DNA of 64,000 nt from assembly GCA_963760795.1 (NCBI GenBank), contig CAVXEP010000031.1:1-64000 (forward strand). The letters are read 5' to 3'. This document shows, one piece after another, positions 39,494-49,389 of this stretch. The position numbers and the translations under genes were made by a program. Each line of letters opens with the position of its first letter. Position 1 is the stretch's first letter. The notes below the pieces were generated by a model that had not been told where the DNA came from, ran no database searches, and saw only the letters and a list, made by a program, of their open reading frames with translations. Source of the stretch: an uncultured delta proteobacterium. GTDB taxonomy: Bacteria; Desulfobacterota; Binatia; UBA9968.

Positions 39494-40327
39494 CTACACC
39501 GCGATAGTTTGTCCACCGTCGACAACCAGAGCATGACCGGTAACGAAGGTTGCTTCATCGGAAACTAGGAAGAGCACGCCGTAGGCGATCTCTTCCGGGC
39601 GGCCCATGCGGAGCAGGGCTTTGTTGCTGGCGCTCATCCGCTTTCTTTGCTCGTCGGTGGTGCCTTCACCGAGCGTCGGTCTGGGCGGAAAACCTCTGAA
39701 GCGCGGCGTCTCGATGGCGCCGGGACAGACGCAGTTGACGCGTATCCCAAGCGGGCCGTAGTCGATGGCCATCTCACGGGTGAGATTGACGATCGCGGCT
39801 TTGGTGGCGCAGTAGCCGGGATATTCCGCCGAGGCGAGCAGACCAAAGGTCGACGCGGTTGTCACCATGTTGCCGCTGCCTTGTTTGATGAAAGCTGGCA
39901 TCACCGCCTTGGCGCCGCGGTACATGGCATTCAAGTTGGTGTTCAGGACAAAGTTCCATTCCTCGTCGGTATGCTCATGGATTTTTTTGCGAATGCCGGC
40001 ACCGGCATTGTTATAAAGGATATCGATCTTGCCAAAGGTATCGACCGCGGTCTTCACGGCGCGGTCCAAGTCTTCCTGCTTGGTGACATCGCAATGGGCA
40101 AACACCGCGTCTCCGCCTTCTTTCTCCTTGATCAAGGTGTCGATGCGCGGCGAAATGGTTTCTTGGATATCGCAGCATACGACTTTCGCGCCCTCGCGAG
40201 CGAACAGCCGTGAGGTGGCGCGGCCGATACCGCTGTTGGCTCCAGTAATAATCGCAACTTTACCTTTGAGCCGTCCCAGTCCGGGACGTAGCATATCGTG
40301 TTCGTCTTTGAGAATAATTTCCGCCAT
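39494..40327 (-). CDS. SDR family oxidoreductase
   Basis: TGANSGIG, NNAG, YCATK, VDGG. Confidence 0.93.
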   Translation of the reverse strand: MAEIILKDEHDMLRPGLGRLKGKVAIITGANSGIGRATSRLFAREGAKVVCCDIQETISPRIDTLIKEKEGGDAVFAHCDVTKQEDLDRAVKTAVDTFGKIDILYNNAGAGIRKKIHEHTDEEWNFVLNTNLNAMYRGAKAVMPAFIKQGSGNMVTTASTFGLLASAEYPGYCATKAAIVNLTREMAIDYGPLGIRVNCVCPGAIETPRFRGFPPRPTLGEGTTDEQRKRMSASNKALLRMGRPEEIAYGVLFLVSDEATFVTGHALVVDGGQTIAV

Positions 40328-40415
40328 TGCTTGTGCCTCCTGGATTTTAATGTGAAGTTCTTCGCTTCACTTATCCCAGTGCGGCGCGGGATTTCAACCG
40401 TGGGGGGAACGAATC

Positions 40416-40445
40416 GATGATGGAGGATCGATGATTGAGGATGGA
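40416..40445. repeat. Left arm: heptamer GA(G/T)GATN array
   Basis: gatgatggaggatcgatgattgaggatgga. Confidence 0.8.
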
Positions 40446-40486
40446 CTTTCAGAGTAGTATAGGGACGATTGCGAGCTGGAGGGTTT

Positions 40487-40876
40487 ATGGCAAGTATTCG
40501 AAGCTTCCGTGACTTGGACGTCTATACGCAAGCGCGCCAGCAGGCAAAGAACGTCTTTGTGATATCAAAGCGATTCCCAAGGGAAGAGAGATATTCTCTG
40601 ACCGACCAAATTCGGCGATCGTCTCGGGCTGTCAACGCGATGATCGCGGAAGCTTGGGCACGGCGAGTCTACCCAGCGGCGTTCGTGAACAAGATCGATG
40701 AAGCTCTGGGGGAGGCGATGGAAACCCAGGCATGGCTGGATCATGCTCTTGACTGCGGTTACCTCGATGGAAAAGAGCATGAAGCGCTTGACGACGCTTG
40801 GCAGCGCATTGGCGCGATGTTAAATCGGATGATCCAACGCGCAGATGATTTCTGTAAAACGGCCAGTCGTCAATAG
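40487..40876 (+). CDS. Four helix bundle protein (23S rRNA intervening-sequence protein family)
   Basis: SFRDLDVY, FPREERYSLTDQIRRSSRAV...IAEAW, EAMETQAWL..A..CGY; GGAGG RBS. Confidence 0.93.
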   Translation: MASIRSFRDLDVYTQARQQAKNVFVISKRFPREERYSLTDQIRRSSRAVNAMIAEAWARRVYPAAFVNKIDEALGEAMETQAWLDHALDCGYLDGKEHEALDDAWQRIGAMLNRMIQRADDFCKTASRQ

Positions 40877-40892
40877 CAATCCGGCCCCATTC

Positions 40893-40915
40893 TCTATCCT
40901 CAATCATCCATCCTC
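40893..40915. repeat. Right arm: inverted heptamer array
   Basis: tctatcctcaatcatccatcctc is the reverse complement of 40423-40445 at 21/23 positions. Confidence 0.8.
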
Positions 40916-40927
40916 GACCCGCATCCC

Positions 40928-41914
40928 TCATCTACGGTACAGCTGCTTGATAAATCCCGACTTCTCCAGTTCAGCGACCAGGCTCATGTCGACAAAGGTT
41001 TTCGCGTCGGCGCTTGCCGCTTTGGGGTTTTTTAGCGCGAGGTCGTCGAGCATGGTTTTAACACCATCCGGCGTCGGGTAGGGGACTTCGGGAAAAGCAT
41101 TCGAATAGGCGATGTAGGCTCGCTCCAGTCCCTCGGCATCGCCGATGCCGAGATTTTTCTTGAATAGTCCCTTGGCGTATTCTTTCTCGGTTTTAATGAT
41201 GTGAATCGCTTCGACCATGGCGCGCGTGAGTTTCTGCATCAAGGGCCGTTTGGTTCGGACAATCGCTTCGCGCGTGAGGATGCCGTTCCACCAGAAGGGA
41301 ATTTTTAAGTCGGTGATATTGTATAGATTGCGAAAACCGAGCTTCTCGGCTTGGGTCAAAAAAGGTTCCGGCATGATCGTGAATTGCGTCAGCCCCTTAG
41401 CCAGCGCGGCGAACCGTTCAGCGCCGCCCCCGGCGGGAATGATCTGCACGTCCTTTTCGGGATCGATGCCGAGCTTGCGCAGGGCCAGGCGCAAGCCCAA
41501 GTCCGAGGTGCTGCCGAGTCGGTTCACGCCCCCGGTTTGGCCCTTCAGCTGTTCGATACGGGTGATTTTAGCGACGGAAACGATATGATCGACGAAGGTC
41601 GGCACGACACCGACGATCATCACCGCGTCGGCGCCGGCGAGACGCGAGCTGGTTAGAGTCGTGACCGAAATACTGGCGGCGTCGATTTCGTTCGCGAGAA
41701 GCGCTTGTAGCACCGTTGGGCTCGCGCTGATCGCGATAATCTCCGGCGTGACGCCTTGTTTCTGCATGAGCTTGCGGTCTTCGATCACCCAGATCGGGCT
41801 GTTGGTCGGACTGAAGCCGGCCCATGCCAAACGCAATTTCTCCTGGGCGACGGCAAACGGCGATTGCCCAGCCATGACCAGAATGACGGCGAGGGTATAG
41901 ATTATTTTTATCAT
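40928..41914 (-). CDS. ABC substrate-binding protein, SsuA/NMT1 type
   Basis: AGGAGG RBS, signal peptide, LKGQTGGVNRLGS, SGFIKQLY. Confidence 0.9.
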   Translation of the reverse strand: MIKIIYTLAVILVMAGQSPFAVAQEKLRLAWAGFSPTNSPIWVIEDRKLMQKQGVTPEIIAISASPTVLQALLANEIDAASISVTTLTSSRLAGADAVMIVGVVPTFVDHIVSVAKITRIEQLKGQTGGVNRLGSTSDLGLRLALRKLGIDPEKDVQIIPAGGGAERFAALAKGLTQFTIMPEPFLTQAEKLGFRNLYNITDLKIPFWWNGILTREAIVRTKRPLMQKLTRAMVEAIHIIKTEKEYAKGLFKKNLGIGDAEGLERAYIAYSNAFPEVPYPTPDGVKTMLDDLALKNPKAASADAKTFVDMSLVAELEKSGFIKQLYRR

Positions 41915-42097
41915 CACAGCTTCCTCCTGAACGATTAGACGGCAGAAGTTATCCCTTACTCGCCTCGAGATCAACAAAAAGGTCCAGCCTAGGAATAATA
42001 CTAATCCCATAGGCCCGATCCCCGGGGAAGCCATTACGTTGACTCGATATATCAATTGGTATACCTAGGAGCGGGCTTCAAAAGGAGGCGCAAGTTT

Positions 42098-43069
42098 ATG
42101 GCCAATAAAGGAATTCTAATCACCGGCGGTTCCGGTCTGGTGGGCGCCTATGCGGTGCAGATGTTGCTGGAGCGCGGCGAGCGTCCGGTGATCTTCGATG
42201 TCGCCGTCAACGAGCGGCTGCTCGGCGCCGTCGGTGTCGACACCAGCAAGGTGACGATGATCCGCGGCGACATGGCCGACATGCCGGCGCTGATCTCGGC
42301 GCTCCGCGATAACGATTGCGATCAGATCATCCACTTAGCGGCCTTCCTGGGCGAGGAAGTGCAGCGCCGGCCCTATAGCGGCGTGCGGTTGAACTTCATG
42401 GGCACCATCAATGTCTTCGAAGCCGCGCGCTTGGAAAACGTCAAGCGCGTCGTATTCCCCAGTTCCGGCACCGTCTACCTCGGTTCATTAGGCGAAGGGG
42501 TCAAACAAATCGACGAAAATATCCCGATGAATCCGCCGTCAGTCTACGCCGCGACCAAAGCGAGCTGCGAGTTCATGGGCCGGGCGTATGCGAAGCGCTA
42601 CGGCTTCGAATTTATCTGCTTGCGTTATACCGGCGGACTCTACGGTCCGTCGCCGGCGGCGCTCAAAGCGACCCGCGAGATCGCCATCCAGCAAATGATC
42701 CGCGCCGCCGTCAAAGGCGAGGCGGCGAAAATCAATTGGCCCTACGGTCCGGCGGAGATTCTCTACGGCAAGGACGCCGCCAAGGGAACGGTACTGGCGG
42801 TCATGAAGGACAAGTTCAAGGATACGCTCTTTCACATCGGCAATGCCGATATGGTCAGCGGCGAGGATATCGTTCAGGCGATCCGCAAGAAATTCCCCGG
42901 CGCCAATATCGAGATCGTCAAAACTACCAATCCGATGCCCTATCCCGACTCGCGCTTGTCGAGCGACTTCTCCAGGGCCAAGGAGCAGCTGGGCTATGAG
43001 CCGGACTATCCGATCGACAAGGCGGTCGCGGATTACGGCGCGACTTTGAAGAAGCTCGAGAATCTTTAG
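42098..43069 (+). CDS. NAD-dependent epimerase/dehydratase
   Basis: TGGSGLVG, HLAA, SS, YAATK; AGGAGG RBS. Confidence 0.9.
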   Translation: MANKGILITGGSGLVGAYAVQMLLERGERPVIFDVAVNERLLGAVGVDTSKVTMIRGDMADMPALISALRDNDCDQIIHLAAFLGEEVQRRPYSGVRLNFMGTINVFEAARLENVKRVVFPSSGTVYLGSLGEGVKQIDENIPMNPPSVYAATKASCEFMGRAYAKRYGFEFICLRYTGGLYGPSPAALKATREIAIQQMIRAAVKGEAAKINWPYGPAEILYGKDAAKGTVLAVMKDKFKDTLFHIGNADMVSGEDIVQAIRKKFPGANIEIVKTTNPMPYPDSRLSSDFSRAKEQLGYEPDYPIDKAVADYGATLKKLENL

Positions 43070-43125
43070 TCGATCTGAAGCCCAGGTTCCCACCAGCGTC
43101 TAAGAAACGGAGTACGAATAACATC

Positions 43126-44208
43126 ATGCATCTGAGAAACGGACTGTTTCTGTTGCTGGCTGGGGTGGCTCTGATCGCGCCAAAGGTCTTCGCCGCTCAA
43201 CCGGCGCCAGCGAAGGCGGCCTTCGACGAAAAAGCGCTGGCTGACTTCTACCGCGGCAAGACTGTGCGCATCGTTGTCGGATTCTCCGCCGGCGGCGGTT
43301 ACGACCAATACTCCCGGCTCATCGCTCGCCACTTGTCGCGTCATATTCCAGGGAACCCGAATGTCTTGGTCGACAACATGGCCGGCGCCGGCAGCATGAT
43401 CGCGGCCAATCATATGTATAACGCCGCGCCCAAGGACGGCACGGTCATCGGCAATCTTTCCGGTCCCATCGTCTTAGAGCAGCTCTTCGGCAATCCGGCG
43501 GTGCAGTACGATATGGGCAAGTTCCGCTATCTTGCCGTGCCGGTAAGCGAGAGCTATCTGATGATCGCCCATAAGCGCACCGGCATTACCAAGTTTGACG
43601 ACGTCAGAGGCGAGAAGGGCAAACAGCTGACCGTGGGGGCGATCCCCGGCTCGACGGTCGAGCACGCTCCCATCATGGTCAGAGAAGTGCTCAACACCAA
43701 TCTCAAAGTCGTTTCCGGCTACAAAGGCACCGCCGACGTGCGCTTGGCCTTGGACAGCGGCGAGGTCGACGGGTTTTTCAACACTTGGACATCGTCGAAA
43801 GTGACCTCCATGGACAAAGTGAAGAGCGGCGAGTGGGTGGTCTTGGCGCAGCTTACGGAAACCCCGATGAAGGATTTGATCGTCCCCAATGTGCCGACGA
43901 TCCAGAAGATCACCCGCTCCGAGGAGCAGCGGTTGCTGCTCAAGTACGGCACCAGCACGCCCAACGACTTCGGCAAAGTTTATGTGATACCGGCCGGGGT
44001 GCCGGCGGACCGCGCCGCAGCTCTCGAAAGTGCCTTCGCCAAAGTGTTCAAAGACAAGGAACTGCTCGCCGACGCCGACAAAGGCCGCTTGGAGATCGAT
44101 CCGCTGATCGGCAGTACGATCACTAAACTGGTCACCGAGTTTCTCGCCATGCCCAGCGACCTGAAGAACAAGTTACAGACAGTTTTGAAGACTCCCGTTA
44201 AAAAATAA
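43126..44208 (+). CDS. Tripartite tricarboxylate transporter substrate-binding protein (Bug/TctC)
   Basis: VGFSAGGGYD, NMAGAG, PKDG, GYKGT, PAGVP. Confidence 0.88.
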   Translation: MHLRNGLFLLLAGVALIAPKVFAAQPAPAKAAFDEKALADFYRGKTVRIVVGFSAGGGYDQYSRLIARHLSRHIPGNPNVLVDNMAGAGSMIAANHMYNAAPKDGTVIGNLSGPIVLEQLFGNPAVQYDMGKFRYLAVPVSESYLMIAHKRTGITKFDDVRGEKGKQLTVGAIPGSTVEHAPIMVREVLNTNLKVVSGYKGTADVRLALDSGEVDGFFNTWTSSKVTSMDKVKSGEWVVLAQLTETPMKDLIVPNVPTIQKITRSEEQRLLLKYGTSTPNDFGKVYVIPAGVPADRAAALESAFAKVFKDKELLADADKGRLEIDPLIGSTITKLVTEFLAMPSDLKNKLQTVLKTPVKK

Positions 44209-44254
44209 GATCGAGTGATTTTGGTAATTAGGATACCCAAACAGGAGGTTCCAA

Positions 44255-45268
44255 ATGTTGAGAAAAATTTCCCGGTTGTTGGCAATGTTAGTCATCCTGG
44301 TGAATTTCAGCTCGTCAATAGTGGCCGCACAGACCGAAACCATCGAAGAACTGTACAAAAAGGCGTTGAAAGAAGCGGGCGCACTTAACTGTTACTGTTC
44401 TCTCGCACAGATCAACGCCGAGAAGATTTACCCCGTATTCGAGAAGCGCTTTCCAGGCATCAAAATCAATCATGTCGATGCCACCTCCGACAAGCTGTCG
44501 GCTCGCGCGATCACGGAAGCGCGCGGCGGCAAAACATTGGCGGACGTGATTGAGTTCGGTTTGGAAGATATCAACAAAATTCATGAACAGGGGCTCTTGT
44601 TGGATCGGGCTCCGCCCGAAGCGGCGGCGTATCCGGCTACTTTGAAAGGAACATACTGGACCGCCAATAATTTGATTTTCTTCGTCGGCGCCTGGAATAC
44701 GGATAAGGTGAAGAAAGAAGAAGAGCCGAAGTTTCTGGACGATTTCGGCGATCCGCGCTGGAAAGGACGCTTGATCGCGGAACCGAGGGATTACGAAATC
44801 CTGATCGCATTGACGCACAAGCACAAGAGCATCGAAAAGGCGCGCGAAGTGCTCGCCAGGATTGCCGCCAACAACGTGGAATTTCATAAAGGCCATTCGC
44901 AGCTCGCGGAATTTCTCGTTGCCGGCCAAGCGGCGGCATGTTTCACCTGCTATTCGCATCATTATCCCGAACGCAAAAGAAAGGGCGCGCCGGTCGATTA
45001 CATGCTCAGCGAAGGTGCCGCCGGCATTATCGCCGTCGCCGTGATGAAAAACGCGCCGCATCCTAACACGGCGTGGCTGTTTAACCGTTGGGCAGCGTCG
45101 GAAGAGGGACAAAAGGTTTATTCGGAGGGAGGTCGCACTCCTGCTCATCCAAAGGTTGAGCCCACAGAAAAGATTCGGCCCAAGGTGATTTACCCCGTTG
45201 GTGTAGAGGATCTAAAACAATACTCCAAATACGAAAAAATTTGGAAAGAAGTGTTCAAATTACGCTAA
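44255..45268 (+). CDS. ABC extracellular solute-binding protein (paralog 1 of 3)
   Basis: Signal peptide, FEKRFPGIK, DPRWKG, APHPN. Confidence 0.9.
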   Translation: MLRKISRLLAMLVILVNFSSSIVAAQTETIEELYKKALKEAGALNCYCSLAQINAEKIYPVFEKRFPGIKINHVDATSDKLSARAITEARGGKTLADVIEFGLEDINKIHEQGLLLDRAPPEAAAYPATLKGTYWTANNLIFFVGAWNTDKVKKEEEPKFLDDFGDPRWKGRLIAEPRDYEILIALTHKHKSIEKAREVLARIAANNVEFHKGHSQLAEFLVAGQAAACFTCYSHHYPERKRKGAPVDYMLSEGAAGIIAVAVMKNAPHPNTAWLFNRWAASEEGQKVYSEGGRTPAHPKVEPTEKIRPKVIYPVGVEDLKQYSKYEKIWKEVFKLR

Positions 45269-45299
45269 TCCCAATGCCCGAAAATCCAATGGAGGTCCT

Positions 45300-46298
45300 A
45301 TGAAATTGTTTGGAATAACAGTACTGGCCTGGATATGTATGCTGGTTTCCAGCGCCGGCGCTCAGTCACTTGACGAGTTACACAAGTTGGCGCTCAAGGA
45401 GGGCGGCGTGGTGAATTTTTACGCCACCTTAGCGCAGCTCAATGCCGAGAAAATCTTGCCGGTGTTCGAGAAACGCTTTCCCGGCATCAAGGTGAACCAT
45501 GTCGACGCGACCGCTGACAAGCTGGCGGCGCGGGCGATCACCGAAGCGCGCGGCGGCCGGGTGTTTTCCGATGTTTTTCAAATGGCGCTTGAAAACGTCC
45601 TCCAGGTGATCGATCAGAAGCTGACGCTTGAGTGGCTCCCGCCTGAAGCCGCGGCTTATCCGGCCAATTTCAAGGGAACGAATTGGTTGGCCGCGGATAT
45701 GGTGATCATTACCGCCTCGTGGAATACCAGTTTGGTGAAGAAAGAGGACGAGCCCAAGCAGTTCGATGACTTCGCCGATGCCAAATGGAAGGGTAAGCTG
45801 ATTGCCGAAGCAAGGGACGTCGAATTGTTGATCGGGTTAGCTCGCCACAAATATAAGAACGACGAAAAAGCCGTTGATTTTATCCGTCGGCTGGCGGCCA
45901 ATAATATCGAATTTCACAAAGGTCATTCGGAGCTCGCTGAATTCCTCGTGGCCGGCCAAGCTGCCGCCTGCGTGACCTGCTACGCGCACCACTATCCACC
46001 GCGTATCAAAAAGGGCGCGCCGCTGGGTTATATGCTCACCGAAGGCATCGCCACGATCACCGCCAACGCCTTGGCTAAGGACGCTCCGCATCCCAACGCG
46101 GCACGGCTTTTTTACCGCTGGTCCGCCAGCGAGGAAGGGCAGAAAGCCTACGCGGCGGGAGGCCGTCTGCCGCCGCATCCGAAAGTGGAACCGGTGGAGA
46201 AGATTCGCCCGGCAGTTCTCTATCCGATCGGCACGGAAGAAATAAAGGAATGGCGCCGCTACGAAAAAGTCTGGAAGGAAGTGTTCAAAATACGCTAG
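45300..46298 (+). CDS. ABC extracellular solute-binding protein (paralog 2 of 3)
   Basis: Same motifs as paralog 1; GGAGG RBS. Confidence 0.9.
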   Translation: MKLFGITVLAWICMLVSSAGAQSLDELHKLALKEGGVVNFYATLAQLNAEKILPVFEKRFPGIKVNHVDATADKLAARAITEARGGRVFSDVFQMALENVLQVIDQKLTLEWLPPEAAAYPANFKGTNWLAADMVIITASWNTSLVKKEDEPKQFDDFADAKWKGKLIAEARDVELLIGLARHKYKNDEKAVDFIRRLAANNIEFHKGHSELAEFLVAGQAAACVTCYAHHYPPRIKKGAPLGYMLTEGIATITANALAKDAPHPNAARLFYRWSASEEGQKAYAAGGRLPPHPKVEPVEKIRPAVLYPIGTEEIKEWRRYEKVWKEVFKIR

Positions 46299-46501
46299 AG
46301 CTTCGGTCCACTATCGCGTCGTAAATTGATTGCGCTTGCGAATCTACCTGCGGACGACCAACCCGGGTCGGCCTGCAGAGGTTTTGCCACATCGACAACA
46401 GCGTATGGGGATTGTTGACTCAAGAAAAGATTGTAGTATTAGGTTATCCCTGCGCTTAAAAAGCGCAGAATCACTTAATATTGACGTTAGAGGTAGTTTC
46501 A

Positions 46502-47524
46502 ATGGGTTTTATTCAAAATATTCGACAAGTCTACAAAGTTAGCGCGCTTGCTCTTATCGTGGCCCTGAATCCTGGTTTTGTGCTGGCTCAGAGTCTCGAT
46601 GACCTGCACAAATTGGCCGTCAAGGAAGGCGGGACGCTCAATTTCTATGCGACCTTGGCCCAGATCAATGCCGAAAAAATTATTCCGGTGTTCGAAAAAC
46701 GATTTCCTGGAATCAAGGTCAACCACGTCGATGCGACCTCGGATAAACTGGTTGCTCGTGCGGTCACCGAAGCGCGTGGCGGTAAGACTTTGGGCGATGT
46801 TTTGCAGGTGCCGCTGGAGAATGTGAGTCAGGCTCACGATCAAAAATTGCTGTTGGAAGTCACCCTTCCTGAATCGGCTGAATATCCGCAAGGAATGAAG
46901 GGAAGTTTTTGGTTGGCCTCGGATCTTCAATTTATCATTGCGGCCTGGAACACCGGCCTGGTGAAGAAAGAAGAAGAGCCCAAGCAGTATGAGGACTTTG
47001 CCGATCCCCGCTGGAAAAACCGCTTGATCGCGGAACCGCGCGATCTCGAAATGCTGATGGGCTTTGCAAAATACAAATATAAGAGTGACGAGAAGGCGAT
47101 CGACTTGTGGCGCAAGATCGCCGCCAACAACGTCGAATTTCATGCCGGTCATTCTCAGCTCGCTGAGTTGCTGGTCGCCGGTCAGGCGGCGGTTTGTTTG
47201 ACCTGTTACTCCCATCACTATCCCAGCCGGATCAAGAAGGGCGCGCCCGTCAACTACATGCTGAGCGAGGGCGTGGCTTCGATCAATGGCACCGCCGTTT
47301 TCAAGAACGCTCCCCATCCGAATACCGCGCTGTTGTATGCTCGCTGGGTGGCCAGCCAGGAGGGGCAAAAAGCGATGGCGCAAGGCGGGCGCACGCCAGC
47401 TCATCCCAAGGTCGAGCCGGTGGATAAGACTCGAACCGAGAAGATTTATCCCATCAGCGTTGCAGACATTAAAGAGTTCCCGCGATACGAGAAGATCTGG
47501 AAGGAGATTTTCAAACTGAGATAG
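46502..47524 (+). CDS. ABC extracellular solute-binding protein (paralog 3 of 3)
   Basis: Same motifs as paralog 1; start at 46502 after GAGGT. Confidence 0.9.
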   Translation: MGFIQNIRQVYKVSALALIVALNPGFVLAQSLDDLHKLAVKEGGTLNFYATLAQINAEKIIPVFEKRFPGIKVNHVDATSDKLVARAVTEARGGKTLGDVLQVPLENVSQAHDQKLLLEVTLPESAEYPQGMKGSFWLASDLQFIIAAWNTGLVKKEEEPKQYEDFADPRWKNRLIAEPRDLEMLMGFAKYKYKSDEKAIDLWRKIAANNVEFHAGHSQLAELLVAGQAAVCLTCYSHHYPSRIKKGAPVNYMLSEGVASINGTAVFKNAPHPNTALLYARWVASQEGQKAMAQGGRTPAHPKVEPVDKTRTEKIYPISVADIKEFPRYEKIWKEIFKLR

Positions 47525-47564
47525 CTCGGCGATATCTCACTGCGCCACTTTTCGAGGCTCATTT

Positions 47565-49289
47565 ATGGCGACTGCTGCAATTCCACGTACCGGAAAAATG
47601 AGTATGAGTTTGGATCCGGCGCTGCTGATCCCGGTGGTCGGCGCCGGCGTCCTGGTTTATCTAGCGGTTCTGCCGCTGCTGATGCTGTTTGTCGGCAGCT
47701 TCCAGGCGGAAGTGGCGCCGCGGGAGTTCGTCTACACGCTCAAGAACTACCATGCCGCCTACGCCAGCGAACACACCTACTCGACTTTTCTCAATTCATT
47801 GATCTTTGCCTCGGGTTCCGCCGGGCTCAGTTTCATGCTCGGCACCATGCTCGCCTGGCTCACCGAGCGGACCAATACGCCATTGCGAAATATTTTCGTG
47901 CCTATCGCCGTGGTGCCGTTGATTCTTCCCGGCGTTTTGGAATCGATCGCGTGGATTTTTCTGTTGAGTCCAAAGTTCGGTTACATGAACGTCTGGCTGA
48001 TGAATTTGTTCGGCCTGCAATCGGCGCCGTTCAACGTCTTTTCCTTGCCGGGCATGATCTGGGTCCATTCGGTGGGGCAGGTGCCATTGGCCTTCTTATT
48101 AATGGTCGCCGCGTTCAAATCAATGGACCCCTCCTTGGAAGAATCGGCGATGATGTCCGGCGCCAACACCTGGCAGACGTTTAGGCGGGTCACGTTAAGG
48201 CTGCTGATGCCGACAGCGGGCTCGGTGATGCTTATCCTGTTCGTGCGCACCCTGGAATCCTTCGAGACCCCGGCGTTGATCGGCATTCCGGCGCGCATCT
48301 ATGTTTATACCAGCGAGATTTACCTGGCGTTCAACGAGTATCCACCGGATTATGGGCGCGGCGGCGCGCTGGCAGTGGGCTTGCTGCTGCTAAGCGCGAT
48401 CGGCGTGTGGTTGTACACGCGCGCGACCAAAGAAGGAAAGAAATTCCAGACCGTCACCGGCAAAGCGTTTCGGCCGCGGCAGTTCGATCTCGGGGCCTGG
48501 CGCTGGGCCGGTTTCGCATTTCTTACAGGCTACTTTTTATTCGTCGTGCTGCTGCCGTTTTTAGTCTTGTTCTGGGCCTCCTTCCTGCCGTTCTTCGCGG
48601 CACCGAGTTGGGATGCCGTCAGCAAGCTCAGTCTCGACAACTATCGTTATCTCGGCGGTTTTCGACCCTTTTGGGATGCGATGCAAAACAGCATCATCCT
48701 CTCGACGTTGACCGCGACGGTGGCGATGGTGCTGACTTCGCTGGTCGCGTGGATCGTTTACAAGAGCCGGTTGCCGGGCTCGTGGATCCTCGATTTTCTC
48801 GCCTTCGTGCCGATTACGATCCCCGGTATCGTCATGGGCATGGCATTGATCCTGCTCTATGTCGCTTTTCCTATTCCGATTTACGGCACGATCTGGGTTT
48901 TGCTGATCGCCTATGTCACCCGCTTTATTCCGTACGGCATGCGCGCGGCCTCGGGGTCGATTTTGCAAATTCACAGCGAATTGGAGGAGGCCGCGGCGGC
49001 CTCCGGCGCTTCCTGGTGGGAATCGTTCAAACGGGTTACGTTGCCGCTCTTGCGGCCCGGCTTGGCGGCGGGTTGGATTTACATCTGCATCGTGTCGTTT
49101 CGGGAATTTTCCACGTCAGTGTTGCTCGCCACCGGCGAAAGCCGGGTGCTGTCAATTCTGCTCTTCACCATGTTCGAGCAAGGACAGGTCACCGTGGTCG
49201 CGGCCATCGGGGTTTTGATGATCGTTACCTTGCTTTCGATCGTGGGGATCTTCTACAAGCTCACCGGCAAAGTAGGCATCCAAACATAA
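47565..49289 (+). CDS. ABC transporter permease (FbpB-type)
   Basis: Two EAA loops (LEESAMMSGA, LEEAAAASGA); many TM segments. Confidence 0.92.
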   Translation: MATAAIPRTGKMSMSLDPALLIPVVGAGVLVYLAVLPLLMLFVGSFQAEVAPREFVYTLKNYHAAYASEHTYSTFLNSLIFASGSAGLSFMLGTMLAWLTERTNTPLRNIFVPIAVVPLILPGVLESIAWIFLLSPKFGYMNVWLMNLFGLQSAPFNVFSLPGMIWVHSVGQVPLAFLLMVAAFKSMDPSLEESAMMSGANTWQTFRRVTLRLLMPTAGSVMLILFVRTLESFETPALIGIPARIYVYTSEIYLAFNEYPPDYGRGGALAVGLLLLSAIGVWLYTRATKEGKKFQTVTGKAFRPRQFDLGAWRWAGFAFLTGYFLFVVLLPFLVLFWASFLPFFAAPSWDAVSKLSLDNYRYLGGFRPFWDAMQNSIILSTLTATVAMVLTSLVAWIVYKSRLPGSWILDFLAFVPITIPGIVMGMALILLYVAFPIPIYGTIWVLLIAYVTRFIPYGMRAASGSILQIHSELEEAAAASGASWWESFKRVTLPLLRPGLAAGWIYICIVSFREFSTSVLLATGESRVLSILLFTMFEQGQVTVVAAIGVLMIVTLLSIVGIFYKLTGKVGIQT

Positions 49290-49296
49290 GAGAAGG

Positions 49297-49379
49297 GTTC
49301 AAGTCGTTCAAACAGTTCAAGCCGTTTGAATGGAGCGCAGCGTTTTTGAATCGGAGCGAAGCGGTTGAACGGTTGAACC
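49297..49379. repeat. Nonamer GTTCAANNN array with inverted TTGAAC copies
   Basis: gttcaagtc gttcaaaca gttcaagcc ... ttgaacggttgaacc. Confidence 0.8.
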
Positions 49380-49389
49380 AAGAGAAAAT

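Noticed and set aside
713-47404. Long antisense or alternate-frame ORFs (e.g. 713..1594, 1706..2863, 21292..22239, 44315..45148, 46499..47404)
   Set aside because: Shadows of GC-rich genes on the opposite strand, with no recognisable motifs.
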